The notes: generated by a model not told the origin, from the sequence alone. A DNA stretch of 64,000 nucleotides from an uncultured Nitrospiraceae bacterium (GCA_963705105.1 CAVPIW010000007.1:96001-160000), one strand, 5' to 3'; shown: positions 10,377-20,607, counted from the stretch's first letter. Translations and numbers: made by a program.

Positions 10377-10413
10377 ACCTTGCAGTTTTATGAAAAGGCG
10401 GGCCGAATCGCCT
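10377..10413 (-). repeat. Isolated right-end fragment of the modular element family
   Basis: ACCTTGCAGTTTTATGAAAAGGCGGGCCGAATCGCCT resembles the family right terminus. Confidence 0.6.
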
Positions 10414-10437
10414 CTATGCTTTTGTTAAATTATTAAA

Positions 10438-10744
10438 TATCACCGGTGTCCAAAATAATCCGACACGAGGATAGGGCATGATTTCTTCGCATAATAAACC
10501 CTTATCACCGCAATGAGATCTCAGGAAAGACGGGGCGAATGCGCCGAAAAGCCTCGGTGCTGCGAAACCTCTGCCTTCCCGTGCAGACCATTGCAGACCA
10601 ACGATCGAACAAAATTAACCTTTTACGGACACTCACACTGACACTGACACTGTTTTTCGGAGCGTTTTGCCCCGTCTTTTCGTGCAAGGCAACCGTGAAT
10701 TTTGCTTCAGAAACCACACCCTATCCTCGCTTTCAAGGTCTCGC
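10438..10744 (+). repeat. Modular inverted-repeat element copy B (near-identical to 3555-3861)
   Basis: Direct alignment by eye; about a dozen mismatches. Confidence 0.92.
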
Positions 10745-10944
10745 TGTTAGCTATTCATTTTCCAATCATTCTCTGTGCTCTCTGTGACCTCTGTGGCTGA
10801 ACTGTCGTTTTCTCCTTTTCTTGCGCACTTTGCGTCTCTGTACGGAAAATAGGGTTTTCTTTCTCTCAGCAGCCGGCAATGAGATCAGGGATTGAAGTGA
10901 TTCCTCTCTACTGACTATTGACTACTGTCTACTGCCGTACCATT

Positions 10945-13428
10945 TTACCACAGGACAAACAGTTTTTTTATGTTCTCCCATTCGTCTGCGGGGCTTTCAG
11001 GCCTCTTCATCGCAAAGGCGGCAGCAGTCTTTATCCGCCTGCCTCCGCCAGGCTCTTCGCGGACGATCACGGCGCCGTCCCGGTCGGTCCTGAGGACCTG
11101 TGAGCCCGTCAGGGCCGTGAGGACTTCCTCGTGAGGATGCCCGTACCGGTTTCCGCGGCCGGCGCTGATCACGGCGATGTCGGGAGAGACGGCATGAATG
11201 AATTCCTCCGTAAACGACGACCTGCTGCCGTGGTGAGGCAGCTTCAGTATGTCGCTCTTCAGGTTCGGGCCAAGGTGAATGAGGTCTTCCTGGGCCTCCC
11301 TGCCGATGTCTCCCGTGAAGAGGACCGAGAGGTCCCGGCCCCGGATGCTCAAAACCAGCGAATCGTTGTTCACCTCGTCACTCCGGGACATGGAATAGAA
11401 GCGCTCATGGGGATGGAGCATCGTTATAACATACCCCTCTCCTTTCACTTCGTCCCCCCTCTGCAGCGCCCTGTGCGTGACTCCTTCCGGATATCCCTCG
11501 TATATCAGTCTGCCGTTGTCCCAGATTTCACCGACCCTGAACCTCCTCGTGAGGTACTCGAACCCGCCGGCATGGTCGGACTGGCCATGGGAGATGACAA
11601 GGGCATCGATGGCGCCGATGCCTGAGTATCTGAGCAGACCGGCAACGGCGAGCCCGTTTCTTCCCGTGTCGACGACGACGGTTTTCCCGTCGGGCAGCCT
11701 GATGACAGCCCCGTCGCCGTGTCCGACATCGACGACGGTGACGCTCAGCGACGGTTTCTCGATCAGTTTCATACCGGCATAGATCATGAACAGGACGGTG
11801 GCCGTGCACACGGGAATGAGCCAGGCCCCGCCCGACAGCCTCTGCAGCCGCCCTTTAATCGTTCCCCTCTCCTCCGGCGGATGCAGCCGAACACTGAGGG
11901 CGATGGTCAGGAACAGGCAGGCGTAAAAGACGATCAGCAGGATGAGGGGGTAATGGGGAATCCTCAGGGACGCAAAGCGCCACTGGCCGACCTGATGAAT
12001 CAGGCCGAGCACGCCGGCCGTCATCCCGTCGATGAAGGCGGCGAAGGGAAAGATGCCCGTCACGATGAAGATGAGCGTCGACAGCAGCGTGAGGGGCAGG
12101 AGGACGAAACCGATGAAAGGGGTGATGAAGAGATTCGTCAGGGGTGAGACGATGGAGGCGGCATGGAACGTCAGCGCGATGAGCGGCGCCGTCCCGGCCG
12201 TTGCGGCAATGGAGACGAGTGACGATGCGGCCGTCAGGCGGAGCGCTTTGCGCGCGAGGCCTTCGGCGGGGCGAATATCGTCCTCAAGCCCATCCTGCCC
12301 ATCCGCACTGTGCCCACGCCGCCCTTCCCCACCCTCCCGTGCCCTTTCCGTCACCATGCCGATGCAGAGCACAGCGACGAAGGAGAGCTGAAATGAAAGG
12401 TCCCTGAGAGCACCGGGGTCGGCGAGGACGATGACGACGGCGGCGAAGAGGACCGTGTTGAGCCAGAACCCGCGGCGTTGAACGAGGAGTCCGACGATGA
12501 AGAGGCTGATCATGATGAATGACCTGACCGCCGGGATGCTGGGCGATGCGAGGGCGAGATAGGCCCCGAGAAAGGGAAAGGCAAGCGCAGCAGCGACCTG
12601 CGTGGGCGTCAGGAAGAGGGTGAGCCGCACGAGGATACGCGCCGGCAGCAGCTTCAGGGAGAACCGCAGGAGCCCGAAAAGGACACAGAAGAGGAGGCCG
12701 AAGTGGGTGCCTGAAATGCTAAGGATATGGGCCAGCCCCGTCGCGTTGAAGTCCTCCCTCATGGCGGACGTCACGAAGGAGCGCTCTCCCGTCGTCATCG
12801 CCATGAGGAAAGCGGCCGAGTCATGACTCATGTCGCTTTTCATCCGCCTATTGATGTCTGACCTTAGCGACCCGATCAGGCCCGGACCGCTCCCGGAAAC
12901 CTCCTGCACATCCACGGCAAAGGCAGTGAGGACAGGATCTTCCGTCCATGGGTTCAGGAGAAAGGCGTCTCTGGGCACCTGCGCCGTAATGTGATACGTT
13001 TTGCCCGGCACGAGGGGACTGTTATACAGGAGCCTCACCTCTTCGGGATGGAAGGTCCTTCCCTCTTCATCCCTCACCTCCCTCACATCGAGGGTCTGCG
13101 AAAACAGGACCTGCCTGCGCGATACTTCGACAGGCTCGGTGGCAACGATGCCTTTCAGGGAAATCGTTTTTCCGGCGATCTCCTGCAATGGGATGTCAGG
13201 ACGGGAAAAAGCCTGGGCGTAGAGGAACCCCGCCGCGACCGCCACCGCCACGACAAAGGTCTTCTTTGCGGCTGACACGAAACGGGATGATGTTGGCCCT
13301 GTCCGCAGCGTCGCTGTGACGCCGGAAACGATGATGCCGAGGGCGGCGAGGAGGAGTCCCGTCAGAGGGAAGAGAGTCCTTATAAAGAAGACCGCGCAGC
13401 CGAACAGAAAAGAGGCGAAAAGAATCAT
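10945..13428 (-). CDS. comEC: DNA uptake channel ComEC/Rec2 with C-terminal metallo-beta-lactamase domain
   Basis: 'GLAHILSISGTH', 'SFQLSF', 'DVGHGD', 'ISHGQSDH', 'LPHHGS', 'YGHPH'. Confidence 0.95.
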   Translation of the reverse strand: MILFASFLFGCAVFFIRTLFPLTGLLLAALGIIVSGVTATLRTGPTSSRFVSAAKKTFVVAVAVAAGFLYAQAFSRPDIPLQEIAGKTISLKGIVATEPVEVSRRQVLFSQTLDVREVRDEEGRTFHPEEVRLLYNSPLVPGKTYHITAQVPRDAFLLNPWTEDPVLTAFAVDVQEVSGSGPGLIGSLRSDINRRMKSDMSHDSAAFLMAMTTGERSFVTSAMREDFNATGLAHILSISGTHFGLLFCVLFGLLRFSLKLLPARILVRLTLFLTPTQVAAALAFPFLGAYLALASPSIPAVRSFIMISLFIVGLLVQRRGFWLNTVLFAAVVIVLADPGALRDLSFQLSFVAVLCIGMVTERAREGGEGRRGHSADGQDGLEDDIRPAEGLARKALRLTAASSLVSIAATAGTAPLIALTFHAASIVSPLTNLFITPFIGFVLLPLTLLSTLIFIVTGIFPFAAFIDGMTAGVLGLIHQVGQWRFASLRIPHYPLILLIVFYACLFLTIALSVRLHPPEERGTIKGRLQRLSGGAWLIPVCTATVLFMIYAGMKLIEKPSLSVTVVDVGHGDGAVIRLPDGKTVVVDTGRNGLAVAGLLRYSGIGAIDALVISHGQSDHAGGFEYLTRRFRVGEIWDNGRLIYEGYPEGVTHRALQRGDEVKGEGYVITMLHPHERFYSMSRSDEVNNDSLVLSIRGRDLSVLFTGDIGREAQEDLIHLGPNLKSDILKLPHHGSRSSFTEEFIHAVSPDIAVISAGRGNRYGHPHEEVLTALTGSQVLRTDRDGAVIVREEPGGGRRIKTAAAFAMKRPESPADEWENIKKLFVLW

Positions 13429-13446
13429 CGGCGATGCTGCTCGCTA

Positions 13447-13777
13447 ACCTTATCGCTGCAACAGGACCGCCGGAAAGGCGGGGTGTATGCGCCACCAAAT
13501 AGTAGACAGTAAACAGTAGACAAAAAACGGAACCAATCCGCGAACACCAGACGGGAAGGCTGATGTGGTGAAAAGCCTTTCCTCTAAGATACCTTGTTTA
13601 TCCCCAGACCACCCTTTGCCGTATCTGTTGATACCGGAAGCCCGTCAGGCAGCAGGCGCTGAACACCTCGATATGTCTCATCATCGCATTGGAAAGGCTT
13701 TGAACCATATCTGCCTTCCCGGCGGCACCGTCGCCTTCGGCAAGGCTTTGAGGCGCTTCGCCCCGCCTTTTCATGCA
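13447..13777 (+). repeat. Modular inverted-repeat element copy C
   Basis: ACCTTATCGCTGCA..GGAAAGGCGGGGTG ... CGCCCCGCCTTTTCATGCA; internal modules shared with copies F, H, L. Confidence 0.9.
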
Positions 13778-13786
13778 CCTGAAAGG

Positions 13787-15142
13787 TTACTCCTGCGCCC
13801 CAAGTCGTCTGCCGATCTCGTCTGCGATATCCTGTGCGGCGGACTGCGCCAGGTCATGGCTGTCGCACTCGACCATAACCCGTATCTTCGGCTCCGTCCC
13901 GGAGGCGCGGACGAGCACCCTGCCCCTCTGCCGGAGCCTCTTTTCCGTCTCGTCGATGACCTTTCTGATTTCCGGGACGTCCCTGAAGTTTCTCTTCCCG
14001 GCGACAGGCACATTGATGAGGATCTGCGGGAAGAGCTCGAATCCCCTGAGCAGCTCCGACAGTGACATCCCCTTTTTTCTCATGAGGTAGAGGACCTGGA
14101 GCGCCGTGATCGGGCCGTCGCCCGTCGTGTTGTAATCGAAGAAGATGATGTGCCCCGACTGTTCTCCGCCGATATTGTGCCTGCCCCTGACCATCTCCTC
14201 GACGACGTAGCGGTCGCCGACCTTCGTCCTCACGAGTTTGATGCCCCGGTCTGCCAGGAATCTTTCGAGCCCGAAGTTGCTCATGACCGTCGCGACGACG
14301 CTGTCGCCGTTCAGACGGTCTTCACTCTTCAATTCCGCTGCCCAGATGCCCATGATCATGTCCCCGTCGACCATGGCGCCCCTCTCGTCGACAAAGAGGG
14401 CCCTGTCGGCATCGCCGTCGTGGGCGATCCCGAGATGGGCGCCCGTGTCCTTCACCTGCTGCGCGAGACTCTCCATGTAGAGGGAGCCGCACTGGTCATT
14501 GATGTTGATGCCGTTGGGATGATCGTTCAGGACGATCACCTCGGCGCCCAGCTCCCTGAGGAGCCAGGGGGTGATCCTGTAAGCGGCCCCGTTCGCCGTG
14601 TCGATGACGACCTTGAAACCCTCGAGGTTCACGCCCCTCGGTATGGTCGATTTGATATATTCGATGTACCGGCCGTCGGCGTCTTCAAGCCTGTAGGCCC
14701 TGCCGATCTGCTCTCCCCGCGGTCTCTTGCCGGGAAAGTCATCGCTCAGGACAAGCCTCTCGATCTCCTTCTCCGTCCCGTCGGAGAGCTTGAACCCGTC
14801 GGACGAAAAGATCTTGATGCCGTTGTCGTCGAAGGGATTGTGGGAGGCGGAGATGACAATGCCCGCATCGAGCCTGAGGGTGCGTGTGAGGAAGGCGATT
14901 CCGGGTGTCGGTATGGGACCGACGAGGGTCACGTTCATCCCCATGGAACAGATGCCGGATGTCAATGCGCTCTCTATTACGTAGCCGGAGAGTCTCGTGT
15001 CCTTGCCGATGAGCACCATGTTCCTGCCGTGATTGGTCTTCACGACCGATGCGACGGCCATGCCGATCCTGAGGACCTGCTCGGGAGTCATGGGGGACCT
15101 GTTCGCCCTGCCCCGGATACCGTCAGTGCCGAATAGTTTCAT
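13787..15142 (-). CDS. glmM: Phosphoglucosamine mutase
   Basis: 'FGTDGIRG', 'ISASHNP', 'DGDADR', 'GGEQSGH', 'RASGTEP'. Confidence 0.97.
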   Translation of the reverse strand: MKLFGTDGIRGRANRSPMTPEQVLRIGMAVASVVKTNHGRNMVLIGKDTRLSGYVIESALTSGICSMGMNVTLVGPIPTPGIAFLTRTLRLDAGIVISASHNPFDDNGIKIFSSDGFKLSDGTEKEIERLVLSDDFPGKRPRGEQIGRAYRLEDADGRYIEYIKSTIPRGVNLEGFKVVIDTANGAAYRITPWLLRELGAEVIVLNDHPNGININDQCGSLYMESLAQQVKDTGAHLGIAHDGDADRALFVDERGAMVDGDMIMGIWAAELKSEDRLNGDSVVATVMSNFGLERFLADRGIKLVRTKVGDRYVVEEMVRGRHNIGGEQSGHIIFFDYNTTGDGPITALQVLYLMRKKGMSLSELLRGFELFPQILINVPVAGKRNFRDVPEIRKVIDETEKRLRQRGRVLVRASGTEPKIRVMVECDSHDLAQSAAQDIADEIGRRLGAQE

Positions 15143-15786
15143 TTGCCCGCCCCCTCTATCCTGATTTTCACGTTCACGTCGGAGATCTTTGTCCTGATAT
15201 TCCTGCCGTCCATGTTCAGCCGCACCTCCTGCTCCAGGTTCGCCCGGAGACCCGTTATGTCGATCGGCTCCGTCTTGAGGACGACGACTCTCGCGATTTC
15301 CGTCCTGGCGCCTTCGATCTGGATCACCTGCGGGGTGATCTCGACGGAAAGGACCCGGTAGCCGCGGTCGAGCGTGCCGGAAAGGACCGCCCGGACCGGC
15401 ACCACCTTTGTTATCGACTGATCGAGAGCAACCTTCACGCTTGCGGGGTCTATCCTGAGCACCTTGACGGAGCGGGGAGAAACGACGTTGCCGCTGTCGA
15501 TCATGTATGTGTTTTCCCCGATTTTCGCGTCCGACAGGTCTACGACGACCCTCACGTCCATGGGGCGAAGATTCTTGAGGACCCTCTCATGGGCCTTGAT
15601 GTTCAGGCTCGCCTTCTTGATGCTCTGCTTCAGCAGCTCCGTGCCGACGGGGACATTCTTGAATTCCAGGGAGGCGTCGACGATGATCTCCGATTGCCCG
15701 CGCTGGGTGATGAAGAACCAGAGGGATAGGGCGAGCACGACGGAAAGGACCTTGAACGCGAGGTTGTTGAGCAGTAACTTCTTCAT
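15139..15786 (-). CDS. cdaR: CdaR/YbbR-family protein
   Basis: True start probably ATG 15786 (MKKLLLNN, overlapping the cdaA stop); 'KVLSVVLALSLWFF' anchor; lies between cdaA and glmM. Confidence 0.85.
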   Translation of the reverse strand: MKKLLLNNLAFKVLSVVLALSLWFFITQRGQSEIIVDASLEFKNVPVGTELLKQSIKKASLNIKAHERVLKNLRPMDVRVVVDLSDAKIGENTYMIDSGNVVSPRSVKVLRIDPASVKVALDQSITKVVPVRAVLSGTLDRGYRVLSVEITPQVIQIEGARTEIARVVVLKTEPIDITGLRANLEQEVRLNMDGRNIRTKISDVNVKIRIEGAGK

Positions 15787-16574
15787 CCGACGGCGACGGA
15801 CTGCGCGCTCCTCTCTTTCGGCTTCGCGAAGAGGTCCGTCAGCAGGTCTCTCAGGGAACCCATGTCCATGGGACCATCGATGACGCCGGCGATCGAAACG
15901 GAGACGGTCCCCGTCTCCTCGGAGACGATGATCGCGATGGCATCGGTCTCCTCGCTGATCCCGATCCCCGCCCTGTGACGGGTCCCGAGAGATTTGCTGA
16001 GCTCCGGGCCGAGGGTGATCGGCAGGAAACACCCCGCCGCGACGACCCTGTTGCCGCGGATCACGACGGCGCCGTCATGAATGGGCGATGTCGGATGGAA
16101 GATGGACAGGAGAAGCTCCTTTGTCACACGGGCATCGAGGGACGTGCCGATCTCGACGTATTCATTGAGACTCGTTTCCCGCTCGATGACGATGAGGGCG
16201 CCGATCTTCCTGTTCGCCAGGGCGATGGAGGCGCGCACGATCTCGTCGAGGGACCGCAGCTCCTCGGCGGAGGTCAGGTTCTTCAGGAAGGACGTCTCGC
16301 CCATCTGGGCGAGGGCCTTCCGGATTTCGGGCTGAAAGAGGATGATGATACCGATGACGACCTGGGCGAGAAAGCTCTGAACCATCCATTCCATGGTGTC
16401 GAGCTCGAAGAACTTCGAGACGATCGAGACGACGAGAAGGATACCGAGGCCGGCGATCATCTTGGCGGCCTTCGTGCCCTTGATCAGGAGGAGAAGGCGG
16501 TAAAGGATGATCGACACGAGGACGATGTCGAGCACGTCCTGCCACCGGATCTGGCTAATCAGCTCCCACAACAC
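15783..16574 (-). CDS. cdaA: Diadenylate cyclase CdaA/DacA
   Basis: Three N-terminal TM helices; 'FQPEIR', 'PIHDGAV', 'LGTRHRA'. Confidence 0.95.
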   Translation of the reverse strand: MLWELISQIRWQDVLDIVLVSIILYRLLLLIKGTKAAKMIAGLGILLVVSIVSKFFELDTMEWMVQSFLAQVVIGIIILFQPEIRKALAQMGETSFLKNLTSAEELRSLDEIVRASIALANRKIGALIVIERETSLNEYVEIGTSLDARVTKELLLSIFHPTSPIHDGAVVIRGNRVVAAGCFLPITLGPELSKSLGTRHRAGIGISEETDAIAIIVSEETGTVSVSIAGVIDGPMDMGSLRDLLTDLFAKPKERSAQSVAVG

Positions 16575-16619
16575 CTGCCTGCTCCTTCAGTGTTTTTTGA
16601 TCAATAATTATACCACAGG

Positions 16620-16822
16620 GACAGTAGACAGTAGACAAAAGGCAGAATTCAGAATACAGAAGTCAGAAGTGAGAAAAGCGATCGGTAACGAATCCAGTCC
16701 CCGATTCCTGTTCCCGGATCTCCCATCTCCAATCCCCGATCATCCTCGATGGTGTCATTCCGGCTCGTCCGGAATCCTTCTTTCAATAATCTAATCTCTG
16801 ATCCCTAATCCCTCATCTCTGT
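16620..16822. repeat. Cluster of heptamer micro-repeats
   Basis: GACAGTA x2, CAGAATT/CAGAATA/CAGAAGT, ATCCCC/ATCTCC-type runs. Confidence 0.7.
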
Positions 16823-16834
16823 CTTTTCCCCCTT

Positions 16835-17228
16835 TGTCGGAATCTCTTACATATAGTAGGGAGGCAATGAACCGATAGCTTGTCTGTGCGCCTTCATCTG
16901 TCATTCCCGCAACCCCGTATCTGAAACGGGGGCGTCCGCAATCCTTCTTTCAATCAATAATCCTGTCTCTAATCTCTGCTTTCATATCTCTGCTTTCTCA
17001 TCTTTTCGGAATTCTTTACAGAAAATCGGGTCTAAATCTTATGACACATACACTGTGGACGTTGTTATTCATCTAATTAATTGAATTGCATGAATTTGCA
17101 TAAAAATGACCCTTTGGGGATGGCAAGCATCGTCTTGTCGGATTTTTTTACAAAATGAGACTGAGACGATCAGAGATCGCAGCTTTTCCATATATATCAA
17201 AGCACTTATTTTATAGCATACTTCTTGC
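16835..17228 (+). promoter_or_regulatory. Three TGT-N11-ACA-type enhancer-like sites plus an imperfect sigma-54 promoter
   Basis: TGTCGGAATCTCTTACA 16835-16851, TTTCGGAATTCTTTACA 17004-17020, TGTCGGATTTTTTTACA 17136-17152; TAGCATACTTCTTGC 17214-17228. Confidence 0.55.
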
Positions 17229-17343
17229 AAACTAAAGTGTAGGAGGATTTTTTACGGGATTTAGTCTCGTCAAGACCAGATGCTGTTTGCATTTGACGAA
17301 TTACAAACTGATTTCGGCTGTTGAACGAAAGTGAGGTAGAATT

Positions 17344-20300
17344 ATGAAAAAAGTTTTACTATTCATTTTTTCTGCTGTGGCTTTAACATTGCTGGGTGCA
17401 GCAGTTGCATTCGCTGGTCCAGCGAGCCTCGGCGACTTAGTCTGGGACGACAAGAACTTCAACGGTCAGCAGGACAGTGAGGAGCCGGGGATTCCTGATG
17501 TGATCGTAACGCTGTACAATTGTGACGGTACGGCTGCCAAGGACAACAACGGCAACCCCGTGGATCCGGCGACTACGAATACTTATGGAAACTATCTGTT
17601 CAGCAATCTGACTTCGGACAGAAGCTACTATGTGGTGTTCTCGAACCTACCGTTGGGCTATGTATTCACAACGCAGAACACAGGCTACGACGCGACGGAC
17701 AGCGATGCAAACCGGACGACCGGCAAGTCGGAGCCGTGCGTGACGCTGGGTTCGCGTGAGATTAACCTGACGGTGGACGCCGGTTTAGTTAAGTCCTGCA
17801 ACGGGACCATCGGCGACTTTGTCTGGAACGACGTCAACAGGAACGGCATACAGGAAGCAGGCGAGCCGGGCATTGCCGGTGTCGTGCTAACGCTCAGCAC
17901 AGGTGCTACTGCCACTACTGATGGAAATGGCTACTATCAGTTCACGGGCCTCTGCCCGGGCACCTACACGGTGACAGTCACGACGCCGCCACCGGGCTAT
18001 ACCCCTACCACATGCGAGGCGCCAGGCAGCACCCCAGCGAACGACAGCAACTGCAGTGGTACGACAAATCTGACAACCGCCAATCCCTCAGATCAGACCA
18101 TCGACTTCGGGTATGTATTGCCTTGCACGGGTGAGATCGGGGATTACGCCTGGGTTGACACGAACCGGCAAGGGTGCCAGGATGTCAATGAGCCTGGCCT
18201 TGCGGGTGTGACGGTGAAACTGTACGCGGGCTGCACTGGGAGCCTCACTCCCGTCGCCACGGCCGTCACTGATGAGAATGGATTTTACCACTTCACGGGT
18301 CTGTGCGCCGGAAGCTACCAGGTTGTGTTTGAAACCCCGACAGGTTACGACCCGACCGCGCCCGACCAGTGTCTTGATACAAACCAAAATAATGATGACA
18401 CGAGGGACAGCGACTGTTCGCAGGGCTTGATCTGCGTGAATCTGCCTACTGATAACTCTACGAATCTCACCATCGATTGCGGCTATGTGCCCCCGCCTAA
18501 ATGCGATCTCGTGCTGGAAAAAACCTGCGAGGTGCCTTCGCCGCCGCCGGGGCCTTTCGTCTGCAGCAGCGCAAAGCCGATCGATGCGATTACGATGATC
18601 TGGAACGGAAGCCAGCCTATCAACATCAAAGCCTGGAAGGGCGCCATCGGTAGTACTTTGCTGGCAACGATCAATGGCATAGCGACTGGCAAGGAAGTCA
18701 CGGTCAGCGGGTATGCCGGATCACCGAACGATGTGATCTGGGAGATCTTTGATGCCACGACCGGGGTGAAGATCGGCAATTCGACTTTCCACCTCTCCTG
18801 CTCGGATGTCGACATGAACGGGCCGGAAGACTGCGGGAGGACGGAAGGCGACGGCAAAGCACTTAGCGGTTACATCAACAGCTGGATCTTCGAGGGAATG
18901 GCCGGGAACGGCCAGGCTCTGGATTGCACACCTCAGCCTACGGAGCCTACCAACGAATGTGTAACCCAACTCGGCCCCGTGCCTGATTGCACAACAGCGG
19001 GCAAGCCGACCAGCCTGACCTTCCGCTATACCGGAGGCGGCTGCGCAGCGAGCAGCAATACACAGGCTCCGGACAAGGCCGTCTGTACGGCGACACCGAC
19101 AGGAGGTATTGTGGACGGATCGATTGCCGTGCGGGCTGCAGGAAACTCCAGCCTCACCAGTGATGTTTACGGAGTATCTCCCACGACAGTGGTTGAAGGC
19201 TTTGAGTTCACGCTCACCTTCGGAGGCAGCACATTTAAAGCCGATTCCTATGTGGAAATCAAGGACAACAACGGGGTGAAGGAGCTGAACAGGATTCACA
19301 CCTCCTGCTCGCAGCCTCTGAAGGTGGGGGATGTGTTCGGCAGCCTGGAACTGGTGGCCTTCAACGGCCAGACAGCAGGAAATGAAGTGATCTACACCTA
19401 TACTTTAACGAACAACGGCGATGCCTTGACGAATGTCACATTGTCTGATGACAAGTTGGGCAATGACATCATCGACCCTCCGGCCAATCTTGATTCCGGA
19501 GAAACAAAAACCTTCGAAGTTATCGTTGAACTGACAGGATCGGTCATAAACACTGCAACCGCCACCGGGTATCTGTTTGGCAATCAGGAATGCTCGGCAA
19601 CTGCCTCTGCAACAGTGACCGTTCAAGTGCCCCAGGTTCCATTTGTGTGCTCTGAGGCCAAGCCCATCAACTCGATCTCTATGGTCTGGAGCGGCACGCA
19701 GACTGTCAAGATCAAGGCATGGAAGGGCGCTGTGGGAAGCACGCTGTTGGCGACTATCGATAACATAGCACCTAGTCAGAAGGTCACTGTGACCGGGTAT
19801 GCCGGATCACCCAATGATGTTTATTGGGAAATCTTTGAAGCGGGCACATCCAACAAGATAGGCACATCCACCTTCCACCTGTCCTGCTCCGATGCCGACA
19901 TGAACGGCGCTGAGGACTGCGGCAAGTTCGAGGGTGACGGGAAGGGCAAGATCGGCTTCATCAACGACTGGCTGTTCGCAGGCATGGCAGGCAACGGTCG
20001 CACATTGGACTGCGGACCTGTGACCCCGCCTCCGCCGCCGAACATCAATGTCTTCGGATCTTCGGTTCCCACTGTGGACAAGAACAAGTTCTACTGGAAA
20101 CTCACCAATGATGGACCGGATACGGCATTCATCACCAAGGTGGAAGTGACTCAATGGCCGGCCCAGCAGGGCAAACTGAAGAAGATCAAGCTTGACGGCG
20201 ATGTTGCAGCAGACCCTGCAGACATTCCGTGGCCTGGACCCGCAGTCATCACGATCTTCTCCTCCGATGTGAACAAGAAGCAAATCGCCGCAGGTCAGAC

Positions 20301-20412
20301 CCGGACCTTCAACATCGAATTCGAGAAGGACTACCTGCTGGATACTACCAGCCAGTACAAGTTCACTATCACCTTCGAGGGAGGCAAGACTCTGAGCTGG
20401 AACATGCCTTAG
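17344..20412 (+). CDS. Large exported protein with three SdrD-B-like domains and duplicated Cys-rich domains
   Basis: Signal peptide; three 'GDxVW.D.N.NG.QD..EPG..GV.V.L' repeats; two ~130-aa internal repeats ('AKPI..I.M.W.G...FHLSCSD.DMNG.EDCG'). Confidence 0.88.
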   Translation: MKKVLLFIFSAVALTLLGAAVAFAGPASLGDLVWDDKNFNGQQDSEEPGIPDVIVTLYNCDGTAAKDNNGNPVDPATTNTYGNYLFSNLTSDRSYYVVFSNLPLGYVFTTQNTGYDATDSDANRTTGKSEPCVTLGSREINLTVDAGLVKSCNGTIGDFVWNDVNRNGIQEAGEPGIAGVVLTLSTGATATTDGNGYYQFTGLCPGTYTVTVTTPPPGYTPTTCEAPGSTPANDSNCSGTTNLTTANPSDQTIDFGYVLPCTGEIGDYAWVDTNRQGCQDVNEPGLAGVTVKLYAGCTGSLTPVATAVTDENGFYHFTGLCAGSYQVVFETPTGYDPTAPDQCLDTNQNNDDTRDSDCSQGLICVNLPTDNSTNLTIDCGYVPPPKCDLVLEKTCEVPSPPPGPFVCSSAKPIDAITMIWNGSQPINIKAWKGAIGSTLLATINGIATGKEVTVSGYAGSPNDVIWEIFDATTGVKIGNSTFHLSCSDVDMNGPEDCGRTEGDGKALSGYINSWIFEGMAGNGQALDCTPQPTEPTNECVTQLGPVPDCTTAGKPTSLTFRYTGGGCAASSNTQAPDKAVCTATPTGGIVDGSIAVRAAGNSSLTSDVYGVSPTTVVEGFEFTLTFGGSTFKADSYVEIKDNNGVKELNRIHTSCSQPLKVGDVFGSLELVAFNGQTAGNEVIYTYTLTNNGDALTNVTLSDDKLGNDIIDPPANLDSGETKTFEVIVELTGSVINTATATGYLFGNQECSATASATVTVQVPQVPFVCSEAKPINSISMVWSGTQTVKIKAWKGAVGSTLLATIDNIAPSQKVTVTGYAGSPNDVYWEIFEAGTSNKIGTSTFHLSCSDADMNGAEDCGKFEGDGKGKIGFINDWLFAGMAGNGRTLDCGPVTPPPPPNINVFGSSVPTVDKNKFYWKLTNDGPDTAFITKVEVTQWPAQQGKLKKIKLDGDVAADPADIPWPGPAVITIFSSDVNKKQIAAGQTRTFNIEFEKDYLLDTTSQYKFTITFEGGKTLSWNMP

Positions 20413-20437
20413 CTCGGAGCCGCTTTCCCCGACTCAT

Positions 20438-20466
20438 CGGGCGACCCACAAGGGTCGCCCTTTTTT
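20438..20466 (+). terminator. Intrinsic terminator
   Basis: GGGCGACCC-ACAA-GGGTCGCCC followed by a T run. Confidence 0.9.
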
Positions 20467-20503
20467 ATCTGTCAAAGGAGGTTCCTGTAAAGGTACCGTC
20501 TTT

Positions 20504-20577
20504 GTAGCCGCAGGCTTTAGCCTGCGTTTGCAATGCACTAAAAACACAGAACCCACGCAAACTGAAATTTGCGGCTT
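20504..20577. repeat. REP-like inverted doublet
   Basis: GTAGCCGCAGGCTTTAGCCTGCG ... CGCAAACTGAAATTTGCGGCT; GTAG-headed palindromes. Confidence 0.65.
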
Positions 20578-20607
20578 CATTCTTAAATCAAGATATCTGC
20601 GGGCTCC

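Noticed and set aside
15787..16032. N-terminal extension of the cdaR ORF (and similar extensions at 30666-30749, 28605-28631, 1469-1522, 33625-33663)
   Set aside because: They overlap the upstream gene, a promoter or a repeat; downstream ATGs fit the signal peptides and ribosome-binding sites better
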